From positions 1 to 36,499 of the forward strand of contig JBHLQM010000031.1 in assembly GCA_048884785.1 (NCBI GenBank): DNA of 36,499 nucleotides, given 5' to 3'. The first letter of the stretch is position 1, and each line of letters starts with the position of its first letter. Below are positions 20,203 through 29,343 of this stretch, in pieces. The notes below the pieces were generated by a model. The model was given only the letters and a program-made list of their open reading frames with translations, searched no databases and had not been told where the DNA came from. The position numbers and the translations under genes are program-made. The stretch comes from Candidatus Thorarchaeota archaeon. GTDB lineage: Archaea > Asgardarchaeota > Thorarchaeia > Thorarchaeales > Thorarchaeaceae.

Positions 20203-20814
20203 TTAATTATCCTCCTTGATGACGACTTTCCTGTCAGTCACATTCAGTCTTCCTTCAAGATACAGTCTTACGGATTCAACTAGGATTTTGTGTTCTTCAG
20301 CAAGAATTCTATCGGCAAGAGATTCTGCAGTATCATTTTCCATTACAGGAACAACTCTCTGAAGGATAATTGGTCCTCCATCCATATCGTGATTAACAAA
20401 ATGCGTTGTGCATCCTGAAAATCTTACTCCGTATTCAATTGCCTGCTTCTGAGCCTCGGTTCCTTTGAATGCTGGCAAGAGAGATGGATGAACATTGATT
20501 ATCCTGTTTTCGTATTCAGAGAGGAAGACTTCTGATAGGATTCTCATATAGCCTGCAAGAATAACGAGGTCGATGCCATTTTCTATCAGTATCTCAAGAA
20601 CGCGTTTATCGTGCTCTTCCCTAGTTGGGAACTCTTTCTTTGTTACAATCTCAGTCTTGATACCTGCCCTCTTCGCACGTTCTATGGCTAGAGCATCTTT
20701 CTTGTTGCTAATGACAATCTTGATTTCTCCACCAAGTTGTCCTTTTTGGCACGCATCGATTAGTGCTTGAAGGTTTGTGCCCCTGCCGCTAACTAATACA
20801 CCCACCCGGCTCAT
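20203..20814 (-). CDS. purN: Phosphoribosylglycinamide formyltransferase (10-formyl-THF dependent)
   Basis: SGRGTNLQA, LAGYMRIL, INVHPSLLPAFKG and GCTTHFV...DGGPII. Confidence 0.97.
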   Translation of the reverse strand: MSRVGVLVSGRGTNLQALIDACQKGQLGGEIKIVISNKKDALAIERAKRAGIKTEIVTKKEFPTREEHDKRVLEILIENGIDLVILAGYMRILSEVFLSEYENRIINVHPSLLPAFKGTEAQKQAIEYGVRFSGCTTHFVNHDMDGGPIILQRVVPVMENDTAESLADRILAEEHKILVESVRLYLEGRLNVTDRKVVIKEDN

Positions 20815-20869
20815 GCAAACCTGCCGGGAATTTTCCAGTTATATGGTTATCTACTCATGTCAGTCCTCG

Positions 20870-21409
20870 CTAAAAGAACTCCCTTGCCACGGCTCCTACA
20901 AGAGAACCAAGCAAAGATGCAAATACCACGAACAGAAAATAGACAGAAGAAATAACCAACCCGCTAAAGAAGAATTCTCCAATAAGTAGATCAGGGGCAA
21001 TGAAAGCTGGCGTTATGAGGAATAGCAAGAAAACTAGGACAAAGAAGAATCCTGCCAGAATCCCGCCAAAAAGTGCATGACTGGTTCTACCAGCCATCAA
21101 CCCTATTGGAATTGATGCAAACATAGGAATGAGAAACATGTAAATCGTGCTTTCTGGGAGGGTATGGATTATAATCATGCCAAAGATATTCGCATCAATT
21201 AATGCAGCTAAAAGCGGCATGAGAATGAGTACCAGAATATCTTTTCTTTTTTCCAACATGGTTAATCCAAGTATTTTCGTCACTGGACCACCAGGACCTG
21301 TTTTCGATTGCTTCTCTGCAACTTGGGGAAGCGGCCGCAGAAACCCCTTCTTTTCTGTCTGTTCATCCTCATCCGGGGTCTCAACTCGATACTTGGTTTC
21401 TTCATTCAT
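20870..21409 (-). CDS. Hypothetical membrane protein (charged N-terminus, ~4 TM)
   Basis: Hydrophobic segments from aa ~58 onward. Sits directly upstream of purN on the same strand. Confidence 0.75.
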   Translation of the reverse strand: MNEETKYRVETPDEDEQTEKKGFLRPLPQVAEKQSKTGPGGPVTKILGLTMLEKRKDILVLILMPLLAALIDANIFGMIIIHTLPESTIYMFLIPMFASIPIGLMAGRTSHALFGGILAGFFFVLVFLLFLITPAFIAPDLLIGEFFFSGLVISSVYFLFVVFASLLGSLVGAVAREFF

Positions 21410-21536
21410 CTTTTGGCACCTATTGCAAATTGCGTCGGATATTGAATAAATACTTCGCCTAGCGCAAATGGAATATTTCTATAAGAAACTGCTATCTTTA
21501 TTATGACATCGGTCTAGTCTCATAAGAGGAATCCGC

Positions 21537-22664
21537 ATGTCTCGTGGAAAGCAACATGACAAGTCAGAACAAGATGAAATAATTGAGGCGGTTCTGACGA
21601 AAAAACGGAAACTTGAGCACATTGAAATATGTCTTCAGGAAAATGTTCAATGTAACCGTCCAACAATGTTTGAAGATATCACTTTCATGCATAATGCTCT
21701 TCCCGAGATTGATAGGGACTCAATCGATCTTTCGACTAACTTCTTTGGTTTGCGAACTGATGCGCCCATTGTGATTGCAGCTATGACTGGCGGGCATCCT
21801 GATACACTGGATATCAACCGCCGCCTTGCAGAAGCGGCCGAGGAGCTGAAAATTCCTATTGGCGTTGGAAGCCAAAGAGCCGCCATAGAGGACTCTTCCT
21901 TGGTGAATACTTTCAAGATTGTTAGGGACTCCGCACCCAGCGTTCCTGTCATTGGGAACATAGGAGCAACACATGTTGAAGAGGCTGCTAAGGCAATTGA
22001 TATGATTGATGCGGATATCCTAGCAATCCATCTTAACCCCCTACAGGAGGCTGTACAACCAGAGGGCGATTGCAACTCAATCGGGGTTCTCGAAGCGATT
22101 GAGGACATTGTGGACTCAGTTGATATTCCGGTTATTGTGAAAGAAACAGGTGCTGGTATCTCAATTGAGGTTGCTACAAAACTTGAAGCAGCTGGTGTCG
22201 CAGGCATTGATGTTGGTGGGGTTGGCGGCACTAGTTGGTCTGCCGTCGAATATTATCGAGCCATAAAAGAGGGTGATGATATTAAGGCGCAGTTGGGCCT
22301 TGACTTCTGGGATTGGGGTGTTCCTACGGCGCTAAGTGTGATTTTGGTAAGTGAAGTGACTGATTTGGAAATCATTGCAACTGGAGGTATTAGGAATGGT
22401 ATCGATGTTGCAAAATCGCTTGCCATTGGGGCTACCGCTTCTGGTGTTGCTCATCCGCTCCTCTCACCAGCAGTTAATGGTACCACTCAAGAAGTTGTTA
22501 ATGAGATTCGAATATTGATAGAGGGGCTTCGAACAGCGATGTATCTTACAGGTTGTGATGATGTACTTGATCTGACTGGTGTCCAACTCATCATTAATGG
22601 TGAACTCAAAGAGGCGCTCATGTCGCTAGACATAGATTATCAGGTCGTAGCAAGAAGAAGGTAA
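21537..22664 (+). CDS. fni: Type 2 (FMN-dependent) isopentenyl-diphosphate delta-isomerase
   Basis: RKLEHI, AMTGG, GVGSQRAA, HLNPLQEAVQPEGD, VIVKETGAG, GGTSW, WGVPTA and ATGGIRNG. Confidence 0.97.
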   Translation: MSRGKQHDKSEQDEIIEAVLTKKRKLEHIEICLQENVQCNRPTMFEDITFMHNALPEIDRDSIDLSTNFFGLRTDAPIVIAAMTGGHPDTLDINRRLAEAAEELKIPIGVGSQRAAIEDSSLVNTFKIVRDSAPSVPVIGNIGATHVEEAAKAIDMIDADILAIHLNPLQEAVQPEGDCNSIGVLEAIEDIVDSVDIPVIVKETGAGISIEVATKLEAAGVAGIDVGGVGGTSWSAVEYYRAIKEGDDIKAQLGLDFWDWGVPTALSVILVSEVTDLEIIATGGIRNGIDVAKSLAIGATASGVAHPLLSPAVNGTTQEVVNEIRILIEGLRTAMYLTGCDDVLDLTGVQLIINGELKEALMSLDIDYQVVARRR

Positions 22665-22672
22665 GATTTCTT

Positions 22673-24094
22673 CTAGAGTTTTCCAATCCTTTGTAGATAT
22701 CTCGACCTCTTCCTAATGCCGTTAAGCATTTGGACGGCTTCTTCTATCGTATCACCACAAGGAATGCCATTAATCTCAAATCCTCTTATGATGACTTCAT
22801 ACTTGTCCAAGTCAGGAACATATGCGACCACAGTCTTGTTTTTCAGCTTGGCAACATTAGCGACTCTTGCACCAATCTGTAGTGAGATTCCAGGAGCATA
22901 GGGAAGCAGCAGCAGCAAAGCGGCATCAACATAATCAATGTCCAGCATCACGCGAAGCACCCCTTCATAGTCCACGTCAGAAGCACTTCCGGTCAAATCA
23001 CACGGATTCTTGAATGAGGCTATACCTTGATACGCAGGCGTCACTGTTTCCCTCATTGCCGACTGATCTTCTTCAGTAAACTTAGGAAAAACGAGTCCAT
23101 AATGTTCTGCTTCATCAGAAGCAATGACCCCATGCCCACCACTAACTGTTAGACAGCCAATCCGATTCCCTATCATTGGCCTCTCTGGAAAAGAGAATAG
23201 CTTGGCATATGCCATGACTTCATCCTCATCATTTGCTTCAATTACTCCAAACTGTCGAAAGGCAGCTGATGAAACAACTGCACTGCCAGCTAGCGATGAA
23301 GTATGACTCTGAGTTGCTCTATGACCAGCCTCCGACTGGCCTCCTTTTAGGACAATAACGGGTTTCTTGGGCGAGATTTTTGAACAGATATCCACAAACT
23401 TTCTCCCTTCGTCCTCTCCGAATCCTTCAATATATGCAAGAATTGCTGTAATGTTTTTGTCATTCCCAAAATGCTCTATAAAATCGTAGACCTTCACTTG
23501 AGCTGAGTTGCCAATGGATATTGCAGCTGCAATTCCAACATCCCTCGACGCAAACTCCTCAAGTCGCTCAATAAGCCACCCTCCACTCTGGGACACTATT
23601 GCAACAGTCCCTTTCCTTGTACGTGCAACTCTTTCAGAAGGTAGGAAGAAGGTGTCCAAAACCTCGGGTACAAATACACCGATGCAGTTTGGACCAACCA
23701 TTGTGATATTGTATTCATCCGCTATGCTCATAATCTGATTCTGAAGGTCAATCCCTGCTTCTCCAGTTTCGCTGAATCCTCCAGATACAACAATGACAGC
23801 TTTGATCTTCTTTTCTCCGCACTCTCTTAAAATGCCAGGTACATAGCCAGCAGGCACTGAGATTACAGCGAGGTCGATATCACTTGGTGCCTCCGTAATA
23901 GATTTGTAGACTTTTTGTCCCTCAACAGTTCCTCCCCTTGGATTGATAGGATAGGTAGGTAGGCCATTTTCGAAGCACAACTTCCTGAAAATCACATTTC
24001 CAGGTGAGAATGGATTTGATGTTGAAACGCCTACAACAGCTGTCACTCTCGGTTTGAGCATGATATCCAAGCCTTTCATCTGGTATCTCACCAA
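22673..24094 (-). CDS. acdA: ADP-forming acyl/acetyl-CoA synthetase alpha subunit
   Basis: YPINP, SGGFSETG, GPNCIG, VSQSGG, YIEG, phospho-His motif SHTSSLAG, and NPCDLTG. Confidence 0.9.
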   Translation of the reverse strand: MVRYQMKGLDIMLKPRVTAVVGVSTSNPFSPGNVIFRKLCFENGLPTYPINPRGGTVEGQKVYKSITEAPSDIDLAVISVPAGYVPGILRECGEKKIKAVIVVSGGFSETGEAGIDLQNQIMSIADEYNITMVGPNCIGVFVPEVLDTFFLPSERVARTRKGTVAIVSQSGGWLIERLEEFASRDVGIAAAISIGNSAQVKVYDFIEHFGNDKNITAILAYIEGFGEDEGRKFVDICSKISPKKPVIVLKGGQSEAGHRATQSHTSSLAGSAVVSSAAFRQFGVIEANDEDEVMAYAKLFSFPERPMIGNRIGCLTVSGGHGVIASDEAEHYGLVFPKFTEEDQSAMRETVTPAYQGIASFKNPCDLTGSASDVDYEGVLRVMLDIDYVDAALLLLLPYAPGISLQIGARVANVAKLKNKTVVAYVPDLDKYEVIIRGFEINGIPCGDTIEEAVQMLNGIRKRSRYLQRIGKL

Positions 24095-24128
24095 TTCCTG
24101 ACTTGCGCAGTCAAAGAGGTTTTCCCTT

Positions 24129-24163
24129 ATATGGCATATGGCTATGAAGCAACATGAAGCAAC
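24129..24163. repeat. Two adjacent short tandem duplications in the intergenic region
   Basis: ATATGGC x2 (24129-24142), then T, then ATGAAGCAAC x2 (24144-24163). Confidence 0.6.
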
Positions 24164-24179
24164 AAAGAAAGGACAGTAG

Positions 24180-25235
24180 TTATGGTTTGATTTCGGCCAA
24201 TATATCTCTTAATCTTGGTTCAGCTAGAATTGCATGTTGCAGTTTGCACAGAAGTTTAGTAACCTCAGCATATACTGCAGCTCTTGCAGGATCCGTGGAT
24301 GCCTCGGCGCTTTGAAGAGCCTCTTCAGACTGTTGGTTAATCCTCTTTATTAGTCGCTTTTCTAGTTCAGGACCGCCCCATCCAAAACCATCGAATGCAT
24401 TATGAGCCTCAGATATTTTATCCTCTGGATTTGGTAGCTTATCTGTAAGCACCCCCTCGAGTCCTTGGAAGTATTTGTGCACGGCTCGATTCACTCTCTC
24501 TGATTCTGATGCGTCCAGATAGTTCTCCTGAGCTCTTTTCAAAGAAAGGTCCTGCAGTAAACGTGCACCTGGGGCTTCGGTGAGGAGACCTTTGACAACC
24601 TTCGCCATGATTCGAGATGGAATCTCAATGACGTCCCCGATATACTGGGACTCAGACTGATACCTATGGATTTCCCTTATTACCTCAAGCCAGAATGTTG
24701 GCAAAAGCACATGACATCGCTGAGAATATTGCTCAATCAGGCGCTGTGTTTGGCCTATTATCCCCCACTCATCATTTTCCATCCCGACTTTTCGATAGGG
24801 TTCTTTGGGGACTTGAAGCTCGCCTTCAGCAATTGCAACAATTCGAGAATCGCCTGCTTGCGCCTGTTGAGTGTCAGATGTTCTTGTACGTCCTTCACCC
24901 TCAAGGAGAGAAAGAATTTCTTGAGCAGGTGTTGCTCTGGTCTCGGCCTTCTTGGCTTGTTCTGAGAGCTTTGGCAAAATGCTCTCTATCTGGGTGAGCC
25001 TTTTCACAATCAGGCTCAGGATGTTTGTTGTGGATTCCGGGATGCCCTCAGCCGTTGTAGCTTCCTCTATCCAAGACCTTGTCTTGATGAGCCCTTGAGT
25101 AAGAGAGTCAATACGGTCGGGATCGACATAACCCTCGACCTCTGAGCTGATTAGGAAATGTACTAGTGTTGAATTCAAAGCTACTATTAGGAGAAGCCTA
25201 TCAACGATATCTTCTGTCTTGAAGGGCTCTGTCAC
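24180..25235 (-). CDS. Hypothetical alpha-helical protein, third gene of the tubulin-like operon
   Basis: Long ORF with no recognisable motif. Likely start is GTG 25235, preceded by GAGGT overlapping the upstream TGA (the track start 25265 overlaps the upstream gene). Confidence 0.8.
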   Translation of the reverse strand: MTEPFKTEDIVDRLLLIVALNSTLVHFLISSEVEGYVDPDRIDSLTQGLIKTRSWIEEATTAEGIPESTTNILSLIVKRLTQIESILPKLSEQAKKAETRATPAQEILSLLEGEGRTRTSDTQQAQAGDSRIVAIAEGELQVPKEPYRKVGMENDEWGIIGQTQRLIEQYSQRCHVLLPTFWLEVIREIHRYQSESQYIGDVIEIPSRIMAKVVKGLLTEAPGARLLQDLSLKRAQENYLDASESERVNRAVHKYFQGLEGVLTDKLPNPEDKISEAHNAFDGFGWGGPELEKRLIKRINQQSEEALQSAEASTDPARAAVYAEVTKLLCKLQHAILAEPRLRDILAEIKP

Positions 25236-25239
25236 GACC

Positions 25240-26634
25240 TCACATCCCTGGCTGTATTTCTCCACCTGCGCCTGGTGTCATGTAGTAGCTGAAGAGTTCT
25301 CTGAAATCGGAAATAGCATCAACAAGCTCTTTTCTTTGTACTCCTTTCGAACGCATGAACCAGCTTTGCTTTAGCGGTGACGCGCCACTGTGAAGATTGA
25401 CAAGCTGAGTAGCTTCATTGATGATCTGGACCAGTTCGGGTATCTTAGGTAGACCCAGCAATACCAGAAGATTCACTTTTGGATCCTTTGTGAGATATTG
25501 AACGTAGCATGGCGTGATAGCTGCACCCGGAGCAATGAACTTGTCAAGTGCCTCTTTCAAATGCATGCCATATTCTGCCTTGCTGATATGTCGCGGTCCA
25601 GAAAGCACATAATATACTGATTCCGCATTTGGTTCATCTCCAACATCTGCATAGGACGATTCACGTACCGCATAGTCTATCATTGCTTTAAGCTGACGCG
25701 GCATGCTCCCTGCATCTGGAATTAGTCCCACATCTGTATAAAGTGCAGGAACAACAATTGGATCCAATTTCCTTGCATAATCAGCAAGGTCAGTGGTTGG
25801 AAAAACATCCTTGTGTGGCTCATAAACTCCTGGTGAGAGCATAGCTTCCACGACATCCAGTGCGAGAGGATTAACGAGTTCAACAAAAGCCTGTTCTGTT
25901 CTCGTTTCAAGCTCGCCTGCTTCATCAAGCGTTGAGGGGACCATCTTCTCTATTGAATCAATATCAGCAATATCGACTGACAATTCTCGTTGAAGATAGT
26001 CTACACTATCGGCACGTCTCGATTGCAGGATTCTCTTGAGCATGGTTCTGTTGCTTAGCAGAATCGTGAGGTCGGCTCCTCTCTCTTGGAGCTGTGCTCT
26101 TAGAAGCCTTGAAACCGCCCATATGGAGTTCAAAGCTTCGCTTGATTGCCCCTCGAAGGGGAGGATCCCAATCACATAGACAAAAATGCGGCGTCCTTCC
26201 TCCTCTTGGAACCTTTGCTTCAGAAGCTCGATGATTGCTGGAGTGCCACCGCATCCAGTACCACCACCAAGGCTTGTAAAAATGCAGAATCCTGAGACTC
26301 CCTCAAACCCGAGGTTGCTCAATTGGTCGAATATGATGTCTTTGGACTCGATAACAGCATTGTATCCATCCATGAACCTACCACCAACACCGATTTCACT
26401 TGCCCCATAGAGGAGTGTATGCTCCTTGGGGATTTCGTATTTTGAGCGCACCTTTGTCAGGTCTGCCCTGTCGGTGTTCATCAAGAGATAGCCTCTTACT
26501 CTTGAGGGCAACTTCTTGTCTATGCTTGCCTTCAAATAGGAACCCACTATATTTGACCCACACTCTCCAACGCCTATGGCAAAGACTTCTGCAGCCTTTG
26601 TTTCTTCTTCCCCTAATCTTGGTGGTCCACTCAT
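25240..26634 (-). CDS. Divergent tubulin/FtsZ-superfamily GTPase (CetZ/tubulin-like)
   Basis: IGVGECGSNI (T1), NTDRADL, GVGG (T3), signature SLGGGTGCGG (T4), ILPFEGQ (T5), LLSN (T6), TTDLADYARKLDP (T7), and C-terminal VNLLVLLG. ATG follows GGAGGAG. Confidence 0.92.
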   Translation of the reverse strand: MSGPPRLGEEETKAAEVFAIGVGECGSNIVGSYLKASIDKKLPSRVRGYLLMNTDRADLTKVRSKYEIPKEHTLLYGASEIGVGGRFMDGYNAVIESKDIIFDQLSNLGFEGVSGFCIFTSLGGGTGCGGTPAIIELLKQRFQEEEGRRIFVYVIGILPFEGQSSEALNSIWAVSRLLRAQLQERGADLTILLSNRTMLKRILQSRRADSVDYLQRELSVDIADIDSIEKMVPSTLDEAGELETRTEQAFVELVNPLALDVVEAMLSPGVYEPHKDVFPTTDLADYARKLDPIVVPALYTDVGLIPDAGSMPRQLKAMIDYAVRESSYADVGDEPNAESVYYVLSGPRHISKAEYGMHLKEALDKFIAPGAAITPCYVQYLTKDPKVNLLVLLGLPKIPELVQIINEATQLVNLHSGASPLKQSWFMRSKGVQRKELVDAISDFRELFSYYMTPGAGGEIQPGM

Positions 26635-26652
26635 CTGATTCTCCTCCTGTGA

Positions 26653-29343
26653 TTATCCTCGTTTGCCGACCATTGACTGAGCAATCTCTCTGATTGCCCA
26701 TGTCAAATATGAGCTTATGTCTTCTCTACTATAAGTATCCTTGATTTTTCTGATTGCATCATCAAGGAATTTCTCTCGCTCATCTACTCCGGCAGCAGGA
26801 CTGAAACCGGTCATGAACATCTTCAAGGACTTATGCCAGTCGTCCATTTTCTCTGCCTTTTCAATCCATTCTTTTCTCATCTCTCTTAATTCATTATACG
26901 CCTCTAGAGCCTTGTCAAGTTGTTGTGCTGATGTCAGGTCCTTCTCTAGAGTGCCCATCTTCGATAAGTCATAGATGAGTTTACTGAAGTCCTTTGGATG
27001 CTTTCCAAAAACCCGTTCAATGGTTGAGTAGTATTGGCTTTTTTCACGTATCTCATTGTAATAATTCTCTGTATCCTTTGATGCAATGCTTTTGATAACT
27101 CCAAGCATTTCTTCTTGGACATTTGCCAAGGTTAGGCACACCTCGAGAGGTTCAGTGATATACTTGGATTCCTCCTGCATCTTGCTGGGAACTTGCTCTA
27201 GGAGCGATTTCAGACGCTTTACGAAGTCATCCATACCTTGATCCTCAAAAAGTGAAACCGCACCAAGGATTTGCCGATATGCATCGTCGCCGCGCTCTCT
27301 CACTCTATCTTGAATATCCTTTGAAGTAGTCAAGCCGGCCAGATGGTCAAATGAATCAGCAGCATCTTCCAACTCGACTGGAGGTTTGTCCATAACGGAT
27401 TTCAGAAGCTTTAGCTCCTTCTCCAGCGGCACTCCAATTGAGGCTGCTTTTGAGAATGAGGTGTGCAGATTCTTTGCTTCCTTTTGAAGTGACTCGATTA
27501 CCTTGCCAGTGATTTTCTTTTCATAGAGTTCTATCATTTTTCTTGCGATAGCTGGAAGGCTAAACACAGTTTCTGCAGCAACGCCAATGCTATTCAATTC
27601 TGCAATTGCATCTTGGACTTCCTTGGGTATTTCTGCTCCAGCTCCCATGAGTTTAGCTGCTGCTAGTCGGATTTTAACGCCCAACCTATATCGAAGATTT
27701 TCAAGCGCTTCTTTTGCCTTCGCAAGTATTGTTTCCTTAATTGTACGCATCTCAGAGCGAATCTCTGCGAAATCATCCATCTGCTTTATTCTATCAGCAC
27801 CTTCATCCAAATCGACAACGATGGGCATGAAGATTTCAGCGTAAGCTGGTTTTATTGTTTGAAGGTCTTCAATGATTGCATCAATCTCTTGTTTGCATGC
27901 TTCTCGAAATGTTGCAACTCCGCTTCCAACGGCAGTCCGGAGGCTCTCAAGTGATTGCAACAAATATACAATTCCTCCGCCCTCAAGTTCTTCCATTTTA
28001 GGTGCTTTCTTGCTCAGCTGCGCATAGTCAAGAACCCTGTCTGCTGAAGTGGCAAGTTCATTGAATCGTGCTAGGAAATCCTTAATGTGTTGCTTTACAA
28101 CTCTCTTATGCTCTTCATCCAATGCATTTGCTTTCACGTATACTTCGATCATCCCGTCAAGTTCGTTCTTCTCCAGATGGCGGCGGGATTGCTTCACAAA
28201 GTCCCTTATCGAACTAATATCGGTGATCCCAGTATCACTGGCGGCGTCTCCTGCCTTTTCTACATCATCAATTAACTCTTCGACCTTTCCCTTAAGAGAA
28301 ATCTTCACCTGTCCTTCCCATTCTACCATCTTCTGATATGATGACAACAAGCTGGGTACTTCTTGATTCTCGACAACAAGTGATGGAGCCTGAGGTATAA
28401 CGTCAGAAGTGGTTGGAATACCATTCTCGACGAATTTGGTCGTTGTTTCGTGCTTCATGTTGATGATTCTATCCTTCAACATATTTGCAACTTGAAGCTT
28501 AGATGCCTGCATTTGTGATTCGAGGCTAATTAGAGTTGTCAAATTCTCTGCACTGGATGCATCCCTTGCCAAAACTCGTAGTTTCTGACTGAAATCCATA
28601 GGAAGCTCAAGACCGAGTCTAACAGATGTTTCCACCCATGCCTGCAGGGATTCAATATCACTCATCAAAGAAACACCAAGCATGCGGCCAACTTCGCCTC
28701 TTCTTCCGTCAAGATACACCTTCTCTGCCTGAAGCTTATCATTGATTGAAATCAAATCTGCCGCAGAGAATCCTGATACATCTTCGTTTGAAACAGAGGT
28801 TGATACTTCTCCTCTATCTATCGTGACATGCCTTTCAAAAGTTTCAATGGTTCTTTTGTTTTCATCAAGAAGGTCTTTGACGGTCCTTGATAACTCATTC
28901 AGGAGCCCAGAGGACTTCTTAGAAAAAACATCTCCGAACTGGAACAGCTGTTCAAAATCTGACATGTCTCCTGCACCAATTGAAGGGAACGATACCGAGC
29001 CTAGTGCCTTTGCCTCTGCAGGCTTGAGTTCTTGCAGTTTAGGAACAGACGCCATTATGTCCCTATGTTCTCGTCTAAACAGCTCTGCGAAATCCCTTAC
29101 AATTCTCATAAACATGTCTTCAAGATCGTTGTTGATTTTCTCCAGCTGCGATTGAATCTTCCTCTTTTTCAAAACGCCAGATGCTCCAAGCTCATTCTCA
29201 GCCTTGGTAAATGTGGCAAAAACCTCATAGAGTTGGCGAACCTGATGGGATGTTTGCTCCTCAAGTCCTGGATTCAGGTTAACCAACATTCCTTTCATCT
29301 CTGAGAGGCGGTCGAGCTCGCGTCTCCACTTTTTGCTGTCCAA
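26653..29343 (-). CDS. Large alpha-helical/coiled-coil repeat protein (896 aa), first gene of the tubulin-like operon
   Basis: Rich in E/K/L/A/S with heptad-like helices and no Walker motifs. TTG start follows a strong GGAGGT SD. Ends 18 nt before the tubulin-like ATG. Confidence 0.88.
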   Translation of the reverse strand: MDSKKWRRELDRLSEMKGMLVNLNPGLEEQTSHQVRQLYEVFATFTKAENELGASGVLKKRKIQSQLEKINNDLEDMFMRIVRDFAELFRREHRDIMASVPKLQELKPAEAKALGSVSFPSIGAGDMSDFEQLFQFGDVFSKKSSGLLNELSRTVKDLLDENKRTIETFERHVTIDRGEVSTSVSNEDVSGFSAADLISINDKLQAEKVYLDGRRGEVGRMLGVSLMSDIESLQAWVETSVRLGLELPMDFSQKLRVLARDASSAENLTTLISLESQMQASKLQVANMLKDRIINMKHETTTKFVENGIPTTSDVIPQAPSLVVENQEVPSLLSSYQKMVEWEGQVKISLKGKVEELIDDVEKAGDAASDTGITDISSIRDFVKQSRRHLEKNELDGMIEVYVKANALDEEHKRVVKQHIKDFLARFNELATSADRVLDYAQLSKKAPKMEELEGGGIVYLLQSLESLRTAVGSGVATFREACKQEIDAIIEDLQTIKPAYAEIFMPIVVDLDEGADRIKQMDDFAEIRSEMRTIKETILAKAKEALENLRYRLGVKIRLAAAKLMGAGAEIPKEVQDAIAELNSIGVAAETVFSLPAIARKMIELYEKKITGKVIESLQKEAKNLHTSFSKAASIGVPLEKELKLLKSVMDKPPVELEDAADSFDHLAGLTTSKDIQDRVRERGDDAYRQILGAVSLFEDQGMDDFVKRLKSLLEQVPSKMQEESKYITEPLEVCLTLANVQEEMLGVIKSIASKDTENYYNEIREKSQYYSTIERVFGKHPKDFSKLIYDLSKMGTLEKDLTSAQQLDKALEAYNELREMRKEWIEKAEKMDDWHKSLKMFMTGFSPAAGVDEREKFLDDAIRKIKDTYSREDISSYLTWAIREIAQSMVGKRG

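Noticed and set aside
25240-26634. Calling the gene ftsZ, cetZ or a true alpha/beta tubulin
   Set aside because: The motifs are mixed and divergent (no GGGGxN, GAG..P..G or NNWAKG), so a subfamily cannot be assigned without phylogeny.
24180-29343. TubZRC-type plasmid/phage partition system or integrated element
   Set aside because: There is no small TubR-like DNA-binding gene, iteron array, integrase or att site, and the flanks are housekeeping genes.
26653-29343. SMC/Rad50 or chemoreceptor
   Set aside because: No Walker A/B, signature, hinge or zinc-hook motif, and no MCP hairpin or TM segments.
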